A stretch of 64,000 nucleotides of DNA, taken from NCBI GenBank assembly GCA_012103315.1, contig WLWZ01000011.1, positions 11,869 through 75,868 on the forward strand. Reading direction: 5' to 3'. This stretch comes from Alphaproteobacteria bacterium (GTDB taxonomy: Bacteria > Pseudomonadota > Alphaproteobacteria > MPNO01 > UBA2964). Below are positions 46,710-55,682 of this stretch, piece after piece. The notes beneath the pieces were generated by a model. It worked only from the letters and a program-made list of their open reading frames with translations, did no database searches and was not told the origin of the DNA. How positions within the stretch are numbered: the stretch's first letter is position 1; each line of letters starts with the position of its first letter. The translations under genes and the position numbers were made by a program.

Positions 46710-47876
46710 CTACTTGGCAACCTTTAGCCTGTTGTCAGCCAAGACAACGAATTCCCGCTCCCGCCACAGAACTTTCGTTCCACAAAAACTATAAATTCGT
46801 ACCGCGAAGGATAGCATATCCCGCACCGGAATTAACCACGCGCCGCAGGATTTACCATTGGTGAGCCCGCGGCACACTGCATAATGCAAGATTGTCCGCA
46901 TGCCCAGTGCAATCGTCACCGGCATTAAAGACATAGAGATGGAAGCGCCTAAAGTGAAGGCACCAAAGGCGGCGAAAATTGAAAGTGGAAAAATTTCAGT
47001 CGTTATTGAGGCAGCATAGCCACCGGGTTGAACGGAACGAATTGTCCGCGCCCATCTGATTTCGTGGAAAAATACACCTTTAAGGTCTTCTTCCAATATG
47101 ACGTTTTCAACAATGTATGGCACCAAGGCGACATCATAACCCTGGTCGACGACAAACTTTCCAAGCATGTAATCGTCCGCGAGAAAGTCGGCCAAAGCAG
47201 GGAATCCTCCGAAATCCTCTAGCACATTCCGCCGAACAGCCATTGTTGCACCGAAGCAGAATTTTAACTTACCAAACATCGTTGGGATCAGAGCTGACGG
47301 TAAAAACCAGTCATTGACGAACATGGCGCCGAGCCGTGACGCCAGACCTTTCGCAGCAGTGCCGGAATACAGGCACGTGGTGGCACCGACCTTGCTGTCA
47401 CCAAAGGGGGCGGTCACACGTTGTAGATAGTCGGGACTTACCCGCATGTCGCTATCAGAGATAACGAAAATGCCGTGTTTCGCAGTTTTGGCCATATTGG
47501 CAAGGTTGCTGATCTTATAGTTGGATCCGATGATCTGATCATCGACGACCAGAGAGATATCCCGGTCGGGAAATTCCTTTATGACTGCTTCGATAACGGG
47601 AATGGCCGGGTCGGTTTTTTCTCGAACACCGAATATTACCTGGTGTTCAGCGTATTCCTGACGGCAAAAAGAGCGCAAATTTTCGGCCAGTTCGAATTCC
47701 ATGCCACAAATGGGCTTCAAAACTGTCACAGGAAGATTATTTGACGAAGAGACGGGATGTCGTGTCTTCTGACGAAAGACCAAAACGCGACCGGTCGCCA
47801 CGATCATGTACCCCATTGCGAACACGAATAGCGATAGCGCGAGAACAGATAGAACTGTGGGTATGGTGAAAACCAA
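46710..47876 (-). CDS. hpnI: GT2 glycosyltransferase, ceramide-glucosyltransferase-like, hopanoid-associated HpnI
   Basis: N-terminal TM, 'VLKPICGME' then 'ISNLANM' and 'DSDM' (D-x-D). A C-terminal multi-TM region, as in HpnI / ceramide glucosyltransferases. Confidence 0.6.
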   Translation of the reverse strand: MVFTIPTVLSVLALSLFVFAMGYMIVATGRVLVFRQKTRHPVSSSNNLPVTVLKPICGMEFELAENLRSFCRQEYAEHQVIFGVREKTDPAIPVIEAVIKEFPDRDISLVVDDQIIGSNYKISNLANMAKTAKHGIFVISDSDMRVSPDYLQRVTAPFGDSKVGATTCLYSGTAAKGLASRLGAMFVNDWFLPSALIPTMFGKLKFCFGATMAVRRNVLEDFGGFPALADFLADDYMLGKFVVDQGYDVALVPYIVENVILEEDLKGVFFHEIRWARTIRSVQPGGYAASITTEIFPLSIFAAFGAFTLGASISMSLMPVTIALGMRTILHYAVCRGLTNGKSCGAWLIPVRDMLSFAVRIYSFCGTKVLWREREFVVLADNRLKVAK

Positions 47877-47965
47877 ACCGGTAACCTCAACCTTCCGTAT
47901 TAATGCGGGCGCTATGTCTAGCCTGTAACCGCTTCACACACAATCTTTCTAAGGCATTCTGGCGA

Positions 47966-48985
47966 TCAATTCTTATCATTTGATCCAGTCTGCATATTCT
48001 GTGATTCGGCGGAATGACGCTTACGGAGCAACGCTTTTCCTTCAGCATGCTGCCAAAATACCAGGCCGGGAACATCAATTAAGAATTCCCGTATTCGGAT
48101 CGCCAACGAAACAGCGATGGCAACATCGGGCGTCATGCCGACCAGCGCGCCGAGTACGACGAAGGCGCCTTCTTGGACGCCATAGCTGTTGGGCACGATA
48201 AAGGCGGCATCGCTAAGCGTTGAACTCAGACTTTTGAGCATTAGGGCTTCGAGAACGCCAATTGGAAATCCGAGCAACCAAGCGGCTAGCCAAACTTCTC
48301 CGGTTTGTAAAATGAGAGCGCCAAATCGCCACGCAGTAGCGGCGATCAGGGTACGTCGTTCGCGGTAGACCTGAAGAACAATGTCGTCGATCTGATCTGC
48401 CGTATCGATCAAGTCGTTGAGGAATTCCGCTTTTGTCACCTTGTGGGCAGACTTAACGGCGATTCCAAAGATTCCTGCCTTTTGAACTACTAGAAATCCT
48501 GCGACGCCAGCACCAAGGAGAGCCAGCCCAACGGCACCTGCAGCGACCAATTCATTATCCAAAGCCATCATGGAGAGTAGGATCACACCAAGAACGCCCC
48601 AAAAGATGAGGGTAATAACCTGTACAGTTTTGTCGACGATGGTCGACGCACTGGCGTGACGGGCATCAGTTCCCCAAAGCGTCAAAACCCGCGCCTTTAC
48701 GACCTCCCCACCGATGGAGGCGACGGGAAGCAAAGTATTGACGGCACGGCCCATCCATTGAGCGTAGAATGCTTTCCCGAAACTGGGCCGGTGTTCCATT
48801 AGGAATAGTAACTGCCAGCAGCGGGCATTCATCAATACTGTTGGAAACCAGATCGCGGGTACCAGAAGAAGGGCCCAACCTGACGCGGCGAGAAGACCCC
48901 AAATATCGCCTAACCCTTGCCAGGCAATTAAGCCTGTCAGGATTACGAGGCCGATAACCAAGCCAATGTATGACGCGATTTTCAT
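47966..48985 (-). CDS. hpnL: lysylphosphatidylglycerol-synthase-TM-domain-like integral membrane protein (HpnL-like)
   Basis: An ~8-TM protein with the flippase-like LPG_synthase_TM arrangement and a Gly-rich helix 'GAGVAGFLVVQKAG'. It lies 89 bp upstream of hpnI on the same strand. Confidence 0.45.
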   Translation of the reverse strand: MKIASYIGLVIGLVILTGLIAWQGLGDIWGLLAASGWALLLVPAIWFPTVLMNARCWQLLFLMEHRPSFGKAFYAQWMGRAVNTLLPVASIGGEVVKARVLTLWGTDARHASASTIVDKTVQVITLIFWGVLGVILLSMMALDNELVAAGAVGLALLGAGVAGFLVVQKAGIFGIAVKSAHKVTKAEFLNDLIDTADQIDDIVLQVYRERRTLIAATAWRFGALILQTGEVWLAAWLLGFPIGVLEALMLKSLSSTLSDAAFIVPNSYGVQEGAFVVLGALVGMTPDVAIAVSLAIRIREFLIDVPGLVFWQHAEGKALLRKRHSAESQNMQTGSNDKN

Positions 48986-49134
48986 AAGACGCTTTGTTGA
49001 TTTCTCCGACCTCGTGGTTGTAAGCGGAGAGGACAGCCTTGGCCAGAATCTTTGTAACGTTGAGAGACCTATGACCTTGCGTCGATTATGTAGCCCTATT
49101 AGACAGAGCTGGACTCAAAAGTAGTTCGGCGAAT

Positions 49135-49851
49135 GTGACGCATATGACAAACTCAGAAATGCCCCAGGAGGACAGACCCGCCCTTACAAAACCGGAACAG
49201 TTATTTCCGTTGATTAGGCAGTTCTCGTATCGTTTGACCAAGCTACTGATTTTACTGCCATTGACACCTAACCATGTGACGGCTTTGTCAATGCTATCTG
49301 GTTTGGCGGCCTCTTGGTTTTTTGCTCAGGGAACCTATCAGGATGCCGTCATAGGAGGTGCACTGTTTGTACTTGGTTATACCTTTGACAATTGTGATGG
49401 GGAGATCGCACGCTTGAAGAACCTGTCGTCGGAATTTGGCGCTAAGTTCGATGATGTCGTTGATTGGCTGGTGGATAGTGTTTTTTTTACCGCGCTGGGC
49501 TTTGGCACGTGGGTTGCTACCGACAATATGATTTGGTTTTGGTGCGGGGTTGCTGCGACCGCAGGCGCAACGATCGACTATGTTGTTGACTTATTCTATT
49601 ACGCGAAGAAGAGCGCGGCAGAAGATGCCGAGAGCCGGGAAGAACAGGCGGTTGTCCAAAAGACGCCAGAAAACTTAATCGACTGGCTGATTTTGATTTT
49701 TCACAAATTCAGCCGTGCTGATTTCTGCTTTATCGTCTTTGCGCTCGCGATATTCGATATTCTCTGGCTTTTACTGCCTGCCGCAGCAATCGGCGCACAA
49801 GCGTACTGGATCACAGATTTGTTTAATCGCGCCCGAGGCTGGCGAATATAA
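49135..49851 (+). CDS. CDP-alcohol phosphatidyltransferase family protein (second copy)
   Basis: 'DNCDGEIARLKNLSSEFGAKFDDVVD' signature, six TM segments. It is divergent from the hpnL-like gene. Confidence 0.65.
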   Translation: MTHMTNSEMPQEDRPALTKPEQLFPLIRQFSYRLTKLLILLPLTPNHVTALSMLSGLAASWFFAQGTYQDAVIGGALFVLGYTFDNCDGEIARLKNLSSEFGAKFDDVVDWLVDSVFFTALGFGTWVATDNMIWFWCGVAATAGATIDYVVDLFYYAKKSAAEDAESREEQAVVQKTPENLIDWLILIFHKFSRADFCFIVFALAIFDILWLLLPAAAIGAQAYWITDLFNRARGWRI

Positions 49852-49862
49852 AAGCGTTGCTT

Positions 49863-51344
49863 TTAGAGCTTCACGCAGACGTTGCTCATCTCGGTATAGA
49901 ATTCCATCGAATAGGTACCGCCTTCGCGGCCAATCTCTGATTGTTTTGAACCGCCAAAGGGTGTCCGTAAATCGCGCAAAAACCAGCTATTGATCCAGCA
50001 AATACCGACTTCCATCTGTGGCCCCACGCGATGGGCACGGGTAAGGTCTTCTGTCCAGATAGAGCAGGCGAGGCCATAAGGTGTATCGTTTGCCATTGAA
50101 ACGGCTTCTTCTTCCGTATCAAAAGGCGTTATATGGCAGCAGGGACCAAAGATTTCTTCCTGTACTACCGCAGAGTTTTCCGGAAGACCCGTCCAGATCG
50201 TCGGTTCGATCCACGCACCATCGCTCATACCATTCATTTCAGGCACACCACCGCCAGTAACGATAGTTGCGCCTTCTTCAGCGGCCTTATTGTAGTAGCC
50301 GAGGACTTTTTCCTGATGTTCTTTGCTGATGAGCGGGCCAAGCGACGTTGAATCGTCTTCGGGCGCACCGCAAACCAGCCCTTCTGCGCCCTCTTTAAGG
50401 CGGCTAACAAACTCGTCAAAGACCGGTCGTTCGACATAGACCCGCTCCGTACCGAGACAAACCTGGCCACAATTGGCAAATGCGGAGCGCATGGTGCCTT
50501 CGATTGCTTTATCGAGATCGCAATCGGCAAAGACAATAGCGGGGTTTTTACCACCGAGCTCAAAGGACACATCGCGCACGCCAATGGCCGCATTTTGGAG
50601 GATAGCCTCGCCAGTACGGGTTTCACCGGTGAAGGTAATGGCGTCAACATCGGGATGTTTGGTCAGAAATTCACCTGCGGAACCCGGTCCCATACCTTGC
50701 ACAACGTTGTAAACGCCGGGTGGGACGCCGACATCGTTCATGACTTCGCCCAGTAAAGCAGCGGTAGACGGGGTTTCTTCTGAAGGCTTAACGACAACGG
50801 TGTTGCCACAAGCGAGAGCAGGGCCGGCTTTCCATGTCATCAACAACAAAGGCAAGTTCCACGGGCAGATGATCCCGATTACCCCTTTGGGCTTGGTGAC
50901 CGTGTAGTTTAGCGCGCCAGTGCCGTCGGGCGTCGGCATCCGGAAGCACTCGTCATGATGGTTTTTCATCATGTCCGCAAAGACTTCAAAGTTCGCTGCG
51001 CCACGCGGAATGTCGAGGTGGGAAGCCAAACTCACCGGTTTACCAGTATCGGCAACCTCGGCATCTAGAAAGTCATCAAAACGTGCCTGAATGCCACCAA
51101 CGATGGCGGTCACCAGCTTTAGCCGTTCCGGTAGGGGCATTGTGCCCCAAGGACCCTTCAACGCCGCCTTGGCAGCCTTCACCGCATCATCGACATCTGC
51201 TTCGCTCGCTTCATGAACTATTGATAAAAGAGAGCCGTTTACAGGACTGATATTATTGAATTTCTTTCCAGAACCACCAGTACGATATTCACCATTGATG
51301 AAGTTCATTGCTTGGTGATTGTCAGACTTGTCAGGCGTGGCCAC
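49863..51344 (-). CDS. NAD(P)+ aldehyde dehydrogenase (hydroxymuconic-semialdehyde / HpaE-like)
   Basis: 'ELGGKNP', catalytic Cys in 'FANCGQVC', and the Glu in 'LELGGK'. 493 aa. Confidence 0.8.
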   Translation of the reverse strand: MATPDKSDNHQAMNFINGEYRTGGSGKKFNNISPVNGSLLSIVHEASEADVDDAVKAAKAALKGPWGTMPLPERLKLVTAIVGGIQARFDDFLDAEVADTGKPVSLASHLDIPRGAANFEVFADMMKNHHDECFRMPTPDGTGALNYTVTKPKGVIGIICPWNLPLLLMTWKAGPALACGNTVVVKPSEETPSTAALLGEVMNDVGVPPGVYNVVQGMGPGSAGEFLTKHPDVDAITFTGETRTGEAILQNAAIGVRDVSFELGGKNPAIVFADCDLDKAIEGTMRSAFANCGQVCLGTERVYVERPVFDEFVSRLKEGAEGLVCGAPEDDSTSLGPLISKEHQEKVLGYYNKAAEEGATIVTGGGVPEMNGMSDGAWIEPTIWTGLPENSAVVQEEIFGPCCHITPFDTEEEAVSMANDTPYGLACSIWTEDLTRAHRVGPQMEVGICWINSWFLRDLRTPFGGSKQSEIGREGGTYSMEFYTEMSNVCVKL

Positions 51345-51421
51345 TCTACGTCTCCATCATGAATTTATGTGTGCGCAACATGCGTCGATCGTGCCGTTAA
51401 ATCAACTAGCGGCAACGAGAT

Positions 51422-51604
51422 TTAAATTTTCTCGATATAGTAAGCGCCTTCATCGTCGCGCTTGAGAATATCGATCTCCCGCAGTTCGCCCCAGGCGCGC
51501 AGGAAATCTGGCCAGGGGACATCCATATGGTGGTCAACCACGTCGTGGAATTGTTTGGCTTCCGCTTCGAGGTTTGTTTTTAAAGTTGTTGCCAGCGGGC
51601 TCAT
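51422..51604 (-). CDS. 60 aa protein translationally coupled to the UbiD-family decarboxylase
   Basis: Its ATG overlaps the UbiD-like stop (ATGA). It is acidic, with no Cys, so it is not the Zn-ribbon BsdD/VdcD type. Confidence 0.35.
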   Translation of the reverse strand: MSPLATTLKTNLEAEAKQFHDVVDHHMDVPWPDFLRAWGELREIDILKRDDEGAYYIEKI

Positions 51605-52953
51605 TCGAAATCCTCCAGCTTGATGCGGTCGCGGCCGTAATTCTTGATCCGGCGGTACAAAATCTTTGGCACACCTTCGGGGATTGTCGCATCAATCCCC
51701 AGTTTGGCCGTCGTGGGCAGGCCACCTTTGCCAAGAAGCCAAGATTTTACACTCGGATCGATGTGTTTGGCACGCGCCCCTTTGAGGATAACCGCGTCTT
51801 GATCAGCCTGAACCCGAAATGCAATGGCCCAATCCAGCTCATCCGGGTCGTGGATATCGATATCGTCATCCGTAACGATGACATATTTAACCTCCGCCAC
51901 TGACAGTAGCGCTGCGACGGCATTTTTACCCTCGCCGGGACGTTTTTTGATCGAAGCAATAAGCGACCAGTAGCCGCAACTACCCACAGGTGCTCGGATA
52001 TCGACAGGCTGAACACTGGCGATCCGCAAGGCCTGCAAACCTGCGGCTTCCGTGACCGGGGCGGCGAGCCAATCATTCTCCCATGGCATTTGCAGCATAT
52101 AAAAGATCGGGTTTTTCCGGTGCGTAATGCATTTAATCCGAAAAATTGGGTTCCATTTTACATCACCGGAAATCTGGCTGAACTCCCCAAAAGGCCCTTC
52201 ATCAGCTGTCCAGCCAATAGGGAGCAGCTCCCCTTCGAGAACGAGTTCTGCGTCAGCAGGGACACTAAGATCCAAGGTCTTGCATTTAACCATTTCAAGT
52301 GGTTCGCCGCGTAGACCGCCGGCTAGCGCTAATTCGCTGGTATCAATTGGTGCTTTATAGGACGCCGCCAGCATATCCAGCGGATGGACGCCAACCGCGA
52401 TCGCAATTGGCAGTGGTTCGCCCTTATCGAGGGCACGCTGATAGTAAAATCGCATATCCGACGGCGAAACCAGATCAATGCCGGTTTCCTTTGGCGTTCG
52501 ATACATCAGCCGGTAACAGCCAACATTGGGGCCATGCTCAGGGTCTTCGGAAACCGCAAATGTCCCGGAAATATAGGGGCCACCGTCAAATAGATGCATC
52601 AGGGGCAGGGGAATGGACGTCAAATCGACATCATCGCCTTCCATCACGACTTCCTGACAGGGAGCAGTATCGACTGTGATGGGATCAATCGGCCTCGCTG
52701 ATTTTGCCTCAAATTCAAAGGCGATACGGTTCTCGGTACAGCCCATGGCAACGGCGAGGCGTTTGCGCGTGGAGACCAAGGCTGTTGCAACGCGCCAGCC
52801 GGGGTAGCCCTCAATGTTTTCAAACATCGTGGCTTCGTCAGCCTGTTCGCCGAGCGCTGATAATTGGCGGCAATCAACCGGTTTGGTCACTCGTTTTAAC
52901 TCTCCCGCGGCATCGAGATCGTCCAGAAAACTCCGAAACCCTTTATCGGCCAT
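51601..52953 (-). CDS. UbiD-family (prenylated-FMN-dependent) non-oxidative decarboxylase
   Basis: UbiD blocks 'FENIEGYPGWRVA', 'GGPYISGTFAVS', 'NVGCYR', 'PFGEFSQ'. 450 aa. No UbiX-like flavin prenyltransferase is present in the window. Confidence 0.75.
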   Translation of the reverse strand: MADKGFRSFLDDLDAAGELKRVTKPVDCRQLSALGEQADEATMFENIEGYPGWRVATALVSTRKRLAVAMGCTENRIAFEFEAKSARPIDPITVDTAPCQEVVMEGDDVDLTSIPLPLMHLFDGGPYISGTFAVSEDPEHGPNVGCYRLMYRTPKETGIDLVSPSDMRFYYQRALDKGEPLPIAIAVGVHPLDMLAASYKAPIDTSELALAGGLRGEPLEMVKCKTLDLSVPADAELVLEGELLPIGWTADEGPFGEFSQISGDVKWNPIFRIKCITHRKNPIFYMLQMPWENDWLAAPVTEAAGLQALRIASVQPVDIRAPVGSCGYWSLIASIKKRPGEGKNAVAALLSVAEVKYVIVTDDDIDIHDPDELDWAIAFRVQADQDAVILKGARAKHIDPSVKSWLLGKGGLPTTAKLGIDATIPEGVPKILYRRIKNYGRDRIKLEDFE

Positions 52954-53067
52954 AATTTTTCCCTGCTGAGTTCAGCCATAAAACTATCGCAGGGCACTCA
53001 TTGGAGTCTAGCGGGCCGGCCTGAAAATCCCTATCTTGAGGGAACAGGTTAGCCGGAAAGGTGTGCA

Positions 53068-53718
53068 ATGTGGTTTTCATCGAACAAGTTGGAAGTTCCA
53101 AAAGCTGAAGATGCTCTGCCGGGGCGCGATACGCCGTTGCGGGTCTCTGAAAAGCACTTTGCCAATGGTAACCCCCTTAAACCACCGTTTCCCGATGGCA
53201 TGGAGCAGATTGTTTTTGCGCTTGGCTGTTTCTGGGGGGCGGAGCGTATCTTTTGGCAAACGCCAGGGGTTTACACGACGGCAGTTGGCTATATCGCCGG
53301 TCACACCAATAATCCGACCTATGATGAGGTTTGTTCCGGGCGCACGGGCCATACTGAAGCTGTACTCGTGGTTTACGATCCATCCGAAGTCAGCCTCGAC
53401 GCACTGCTTAAGCTTTTCTGGGAGGGCCATGACCCGACGCAGGGGATGCGGCAGGGCAACGACGTTGGTACGCAATATCGGTCAGGCATTTACACTTATT
53501 CAGAAGCTCAGAGAGAGACCGTGATCGCATCCTATGAACAGTTTGGTGAAGCATTGGCGGCCGCAGGACATAGCGGCATAACCTCCCAAGTCATCGAGGC
53601 GCCAGAGTTTTTCTACGCTGAGGATTATCATCAGCAATATCTCGCCAAGAACCCGGGCGGCTATTGCGGTTTGGGTGGGACGGGTGTGACTTGTCCGATG
53701 CCAGCCGCTGCGGAGTAA
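53068..53718 (+). CDS. msrA: peptide methionine-S-sulfoxide reductase MsrA
   Basis: '[10 protein letters not shown]' active-site motif with the catalytic Cys. Confidence 0.85.
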   Translation: MWFSSNKLEVPKAEDALPGRDTPLRVSEKHFANGNPLKPPFPDGMEQIVFALGCFWGAERIFWQTPGVYTTAVGYIAGHTNNPTYDEVCSGRTGHTEAVLVVYDPSEVSLDALLKLFWEGHDPTQGMRQGNDVGTQYRSGIYTYSEAQRETVIASYEQFGEALAAAGHSGITSQVIEAPEFFYAEDYHQQYLAKNPGGYCGLGGTGVTCPMPAAAE

Positions 53719-53727
53719 AATTTTCGC

Positions 53728-54471
53728 TTAAGTCGCGACGGCCTGTAGGATCAGTTTGATCCACATGACGATGATCACGGCGATGATCAGCCGGTTAAAC
53801 CATTTGGCGCTTATATAGGGCGTTGTCCACATTCCGAACTGTGTAAACAGGACTGTTGGAATGACCGCCAGTAGCCCCTGATATATGCGTTCCTCGGTAT
53901 AAAGTCCGAGCCCACCGACCGCAAATACATGCGTACCTGAAATCGCCAGAAACATAAGCGAAGCTGCAAAGACGTAGGTTTTACTGTGCAGTCGGTAGGA
54001 GTGAATCCAGGTTGCGATCATCGGCCCAGCGATTCCGGTCGCCCCCTGACAGGCACCGCCAACAAAGGCGAGAATGGGCGCGCCACGTTTGGCGGCTTTG
54101 CCCTTGAGTTGGAAGTCAGGTTTAAAGGCGAGCACAACCAAATACAGCCCGAGCCAGATGATGATGAGCCAAAGCAGGGCGATGTCAGTGAGGGCGGCCA
54201 GCACAAAGGCGCCTGATGCCGTCCCGACAGCAGCACAAATAAGCGAGATATTGAGATGCGGGACATCGCTGGTCATTTTCCGGTAACGCCAGCAAATCCA
54301 GATATTACTGGCGGCAACCGGAATTGTCAGGACGACAATGGCGTGTTCCGCGCCGATAAAGGCAGCAAGTGTTGGCACCGCGATAGTCGGTAACCCAATA
54401 CCAACGGCACCTTTAAAGTATGACCCAACCGCGATGGCGGTCAGGACGATGGCCAGCTCTTCGAAACCCAT
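53728..54471 (-). CDS. TSUP-family (TauE/SafE) sulfite/anion exporter
   Basis: A duplicated 4-TM repeat, ~250 aa. The 'GAVGIG.P' and 'GGACQGATGIAGP' glycine motifs are typical of TauE. Confidence 0.65.
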   Translation of the reverse strand: MGFEELAIVLTAIAVGSYFKGAVGIGLPTIAVPTLAAFIGAEHAIVVLTIPVAASNIWICWRYRKMTSDVPHLNISLICAAVGTASGAFVLAALTDIALLWLIIIWLGLYLVVLAFKPDFQLKGKAAKRGAPILAFVGGACQGATGIAGPMIATWIHSYRLHSKTYVFAASLMFLAISGTHVFAVGGLGLYTEERIYQGLLAVIPTVLFTQFGMWTTPYISAKWFNRLIIAVIIVMWIKLILQAVAT

Positions 54472-54558
54472 TAATTTATACGTTGGTTGTTATGGTGGGG
54501 CGTCACAGTCCCGACGACATAGCCTGCTATGTCAGATCAAGCAACAGCGGCACCAATG

Positions 54559-55581
54559 CTATTTGGCGAAAATGATCGAACGGAGGCGGGCTTTGTGACC
54601 GGCACTGATAGTTTTGACTGCGTCACCGACGATTTTTTGAACCTTTAGCCCAGACGTCGGTAAAAGGCGGAGCCGTTGTTTGCGAATGTCGCCGATGAAC
54701 TGCTTGTCTTTAATCATCTTGTCAAAAGCGCTACGCAGAGCTTTGAGGGCCCCTTTTGGTGCTCTTGGCGGGAGCAAGAGGCTGTAGCCGATGGCGCCGG
54801 GCGTTGAAACCAGCTTTACCAGGCTGTGGTCTTGTTTGTTGGTTATTTCATGCAGCATTGGTAGTTTCTTGAGCAATGGATCGCGAAAATACCCAACCTG
54901 TACCAGTGGGATCGCGAAATTGCCGGTCTTCTTGAACCAGTGCGGAACGATGGTGTTCCAGGTCAGCCAGTCAAACGCTGCACCGACATGCGTTTTCTTC
55001 TCCATTTCGCTGATTGTCTTGCGAGCGGTCTTCAGCTCGGCGACCAGTTTGATTTCGGTTTTAACGATATATCGCATGAGCTTCGGGATGATGTAAGACA
55101 TCGATCCGCGATTGGTATAGCCGATGACCAGTTTTTTGCCGATAATATCCTTTGCGGTTTTCAGGTTGGTATCCTCGCGCAGCGCGAAAACCCGGTTTGC
55201 GGCACTAACTGATCCGATCCAGGAAAAATGGCTGGGATTATATTTTACTGCTTTGGGCCATAGCGCCCGTGACAGAACGAGTGTGTCGGGTGGCAAGAGA
55301 ATGTTCAGCCCATTTCTGGGCATGGCATTGTAGGCAAAGTTCGTCGCCTTTATGCCGCCGGCGCCAACGATAGATTGCACCGTTATCTTTGGCTTTCCGG
55401 GGATGAACCGATAAAGGTGTCGGGCGATTGTGCGTGAGTATTTCTCACTTGCGCTGCCAATCATCCCGGTATTAACCAGCTTGATTTGTGGAGATTTCCC
55501 TTTGGCAGCATTTGTGGTGCCTGCGGTCAGGCTAACCGCAATCAAAGCTGTCATCAGAAATGTTCTATTCAAAATGTTCAT
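54559..55581 (-). CDS. TctC/Bug-family periplasmic substrate-binding protein (orphan)
   Basis: Signal peptide 'MNILNRTFLMTALIAVSLTAGTTNA' and Bug-family motifs 'GAGGIKA', 'GYTNRGS'. Confidence 0.7.
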   Translation of the reverse strand: MNILNRTFLMTALIAVSLTAGTTNAAKGKSPQIKLVNTGMIGSASEKYSRTIARHLYRFIPGKPKITVQSIVGAGGIKATNFAYNAMPRNGLNILLPPDTLVLSRALWPKAVKYNPSHFSWIGSVSAANRVFALREDTNLKTAKDIIGKKLVIGYTNRGSMSYIIPKLMRYIVKTEIKLVAELKTARKTISEMEKKTHVGAAFDWLTWNTIVPHWFKKTGNFAIPLVQVGYFRDPLLKKLPMLHEITNKQDHSLVKLVSTPGAIGYSLLLPPRAPKGALKALRSAFDKMIKDKQFIGDIRKQRLRLLPTSGLKVQKIVGDAVKTISAGHKARLRSIIFAK

Positions 55582-55682
55582 CCGGTGCCGGCGTCGTTAG
55601 CAAGTGGGGATACCTTTGTATGGTATCATCTGCAAGCTAGCGGGTTCCATAATATCGTCGCAAGCGGCAAAAATGAGCCATT

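Noticed and set aside
51422-51604. Idea that the 60 aa ORF after ubiD is the BsdD/VdcD small subunit
   Set aside because: BsdD/VdcD-type subunits are Cys-rich Zn-ribbon proteins. This ORF has no cysteine at all. It is kept as an uncharacterised coupled ORF instead.
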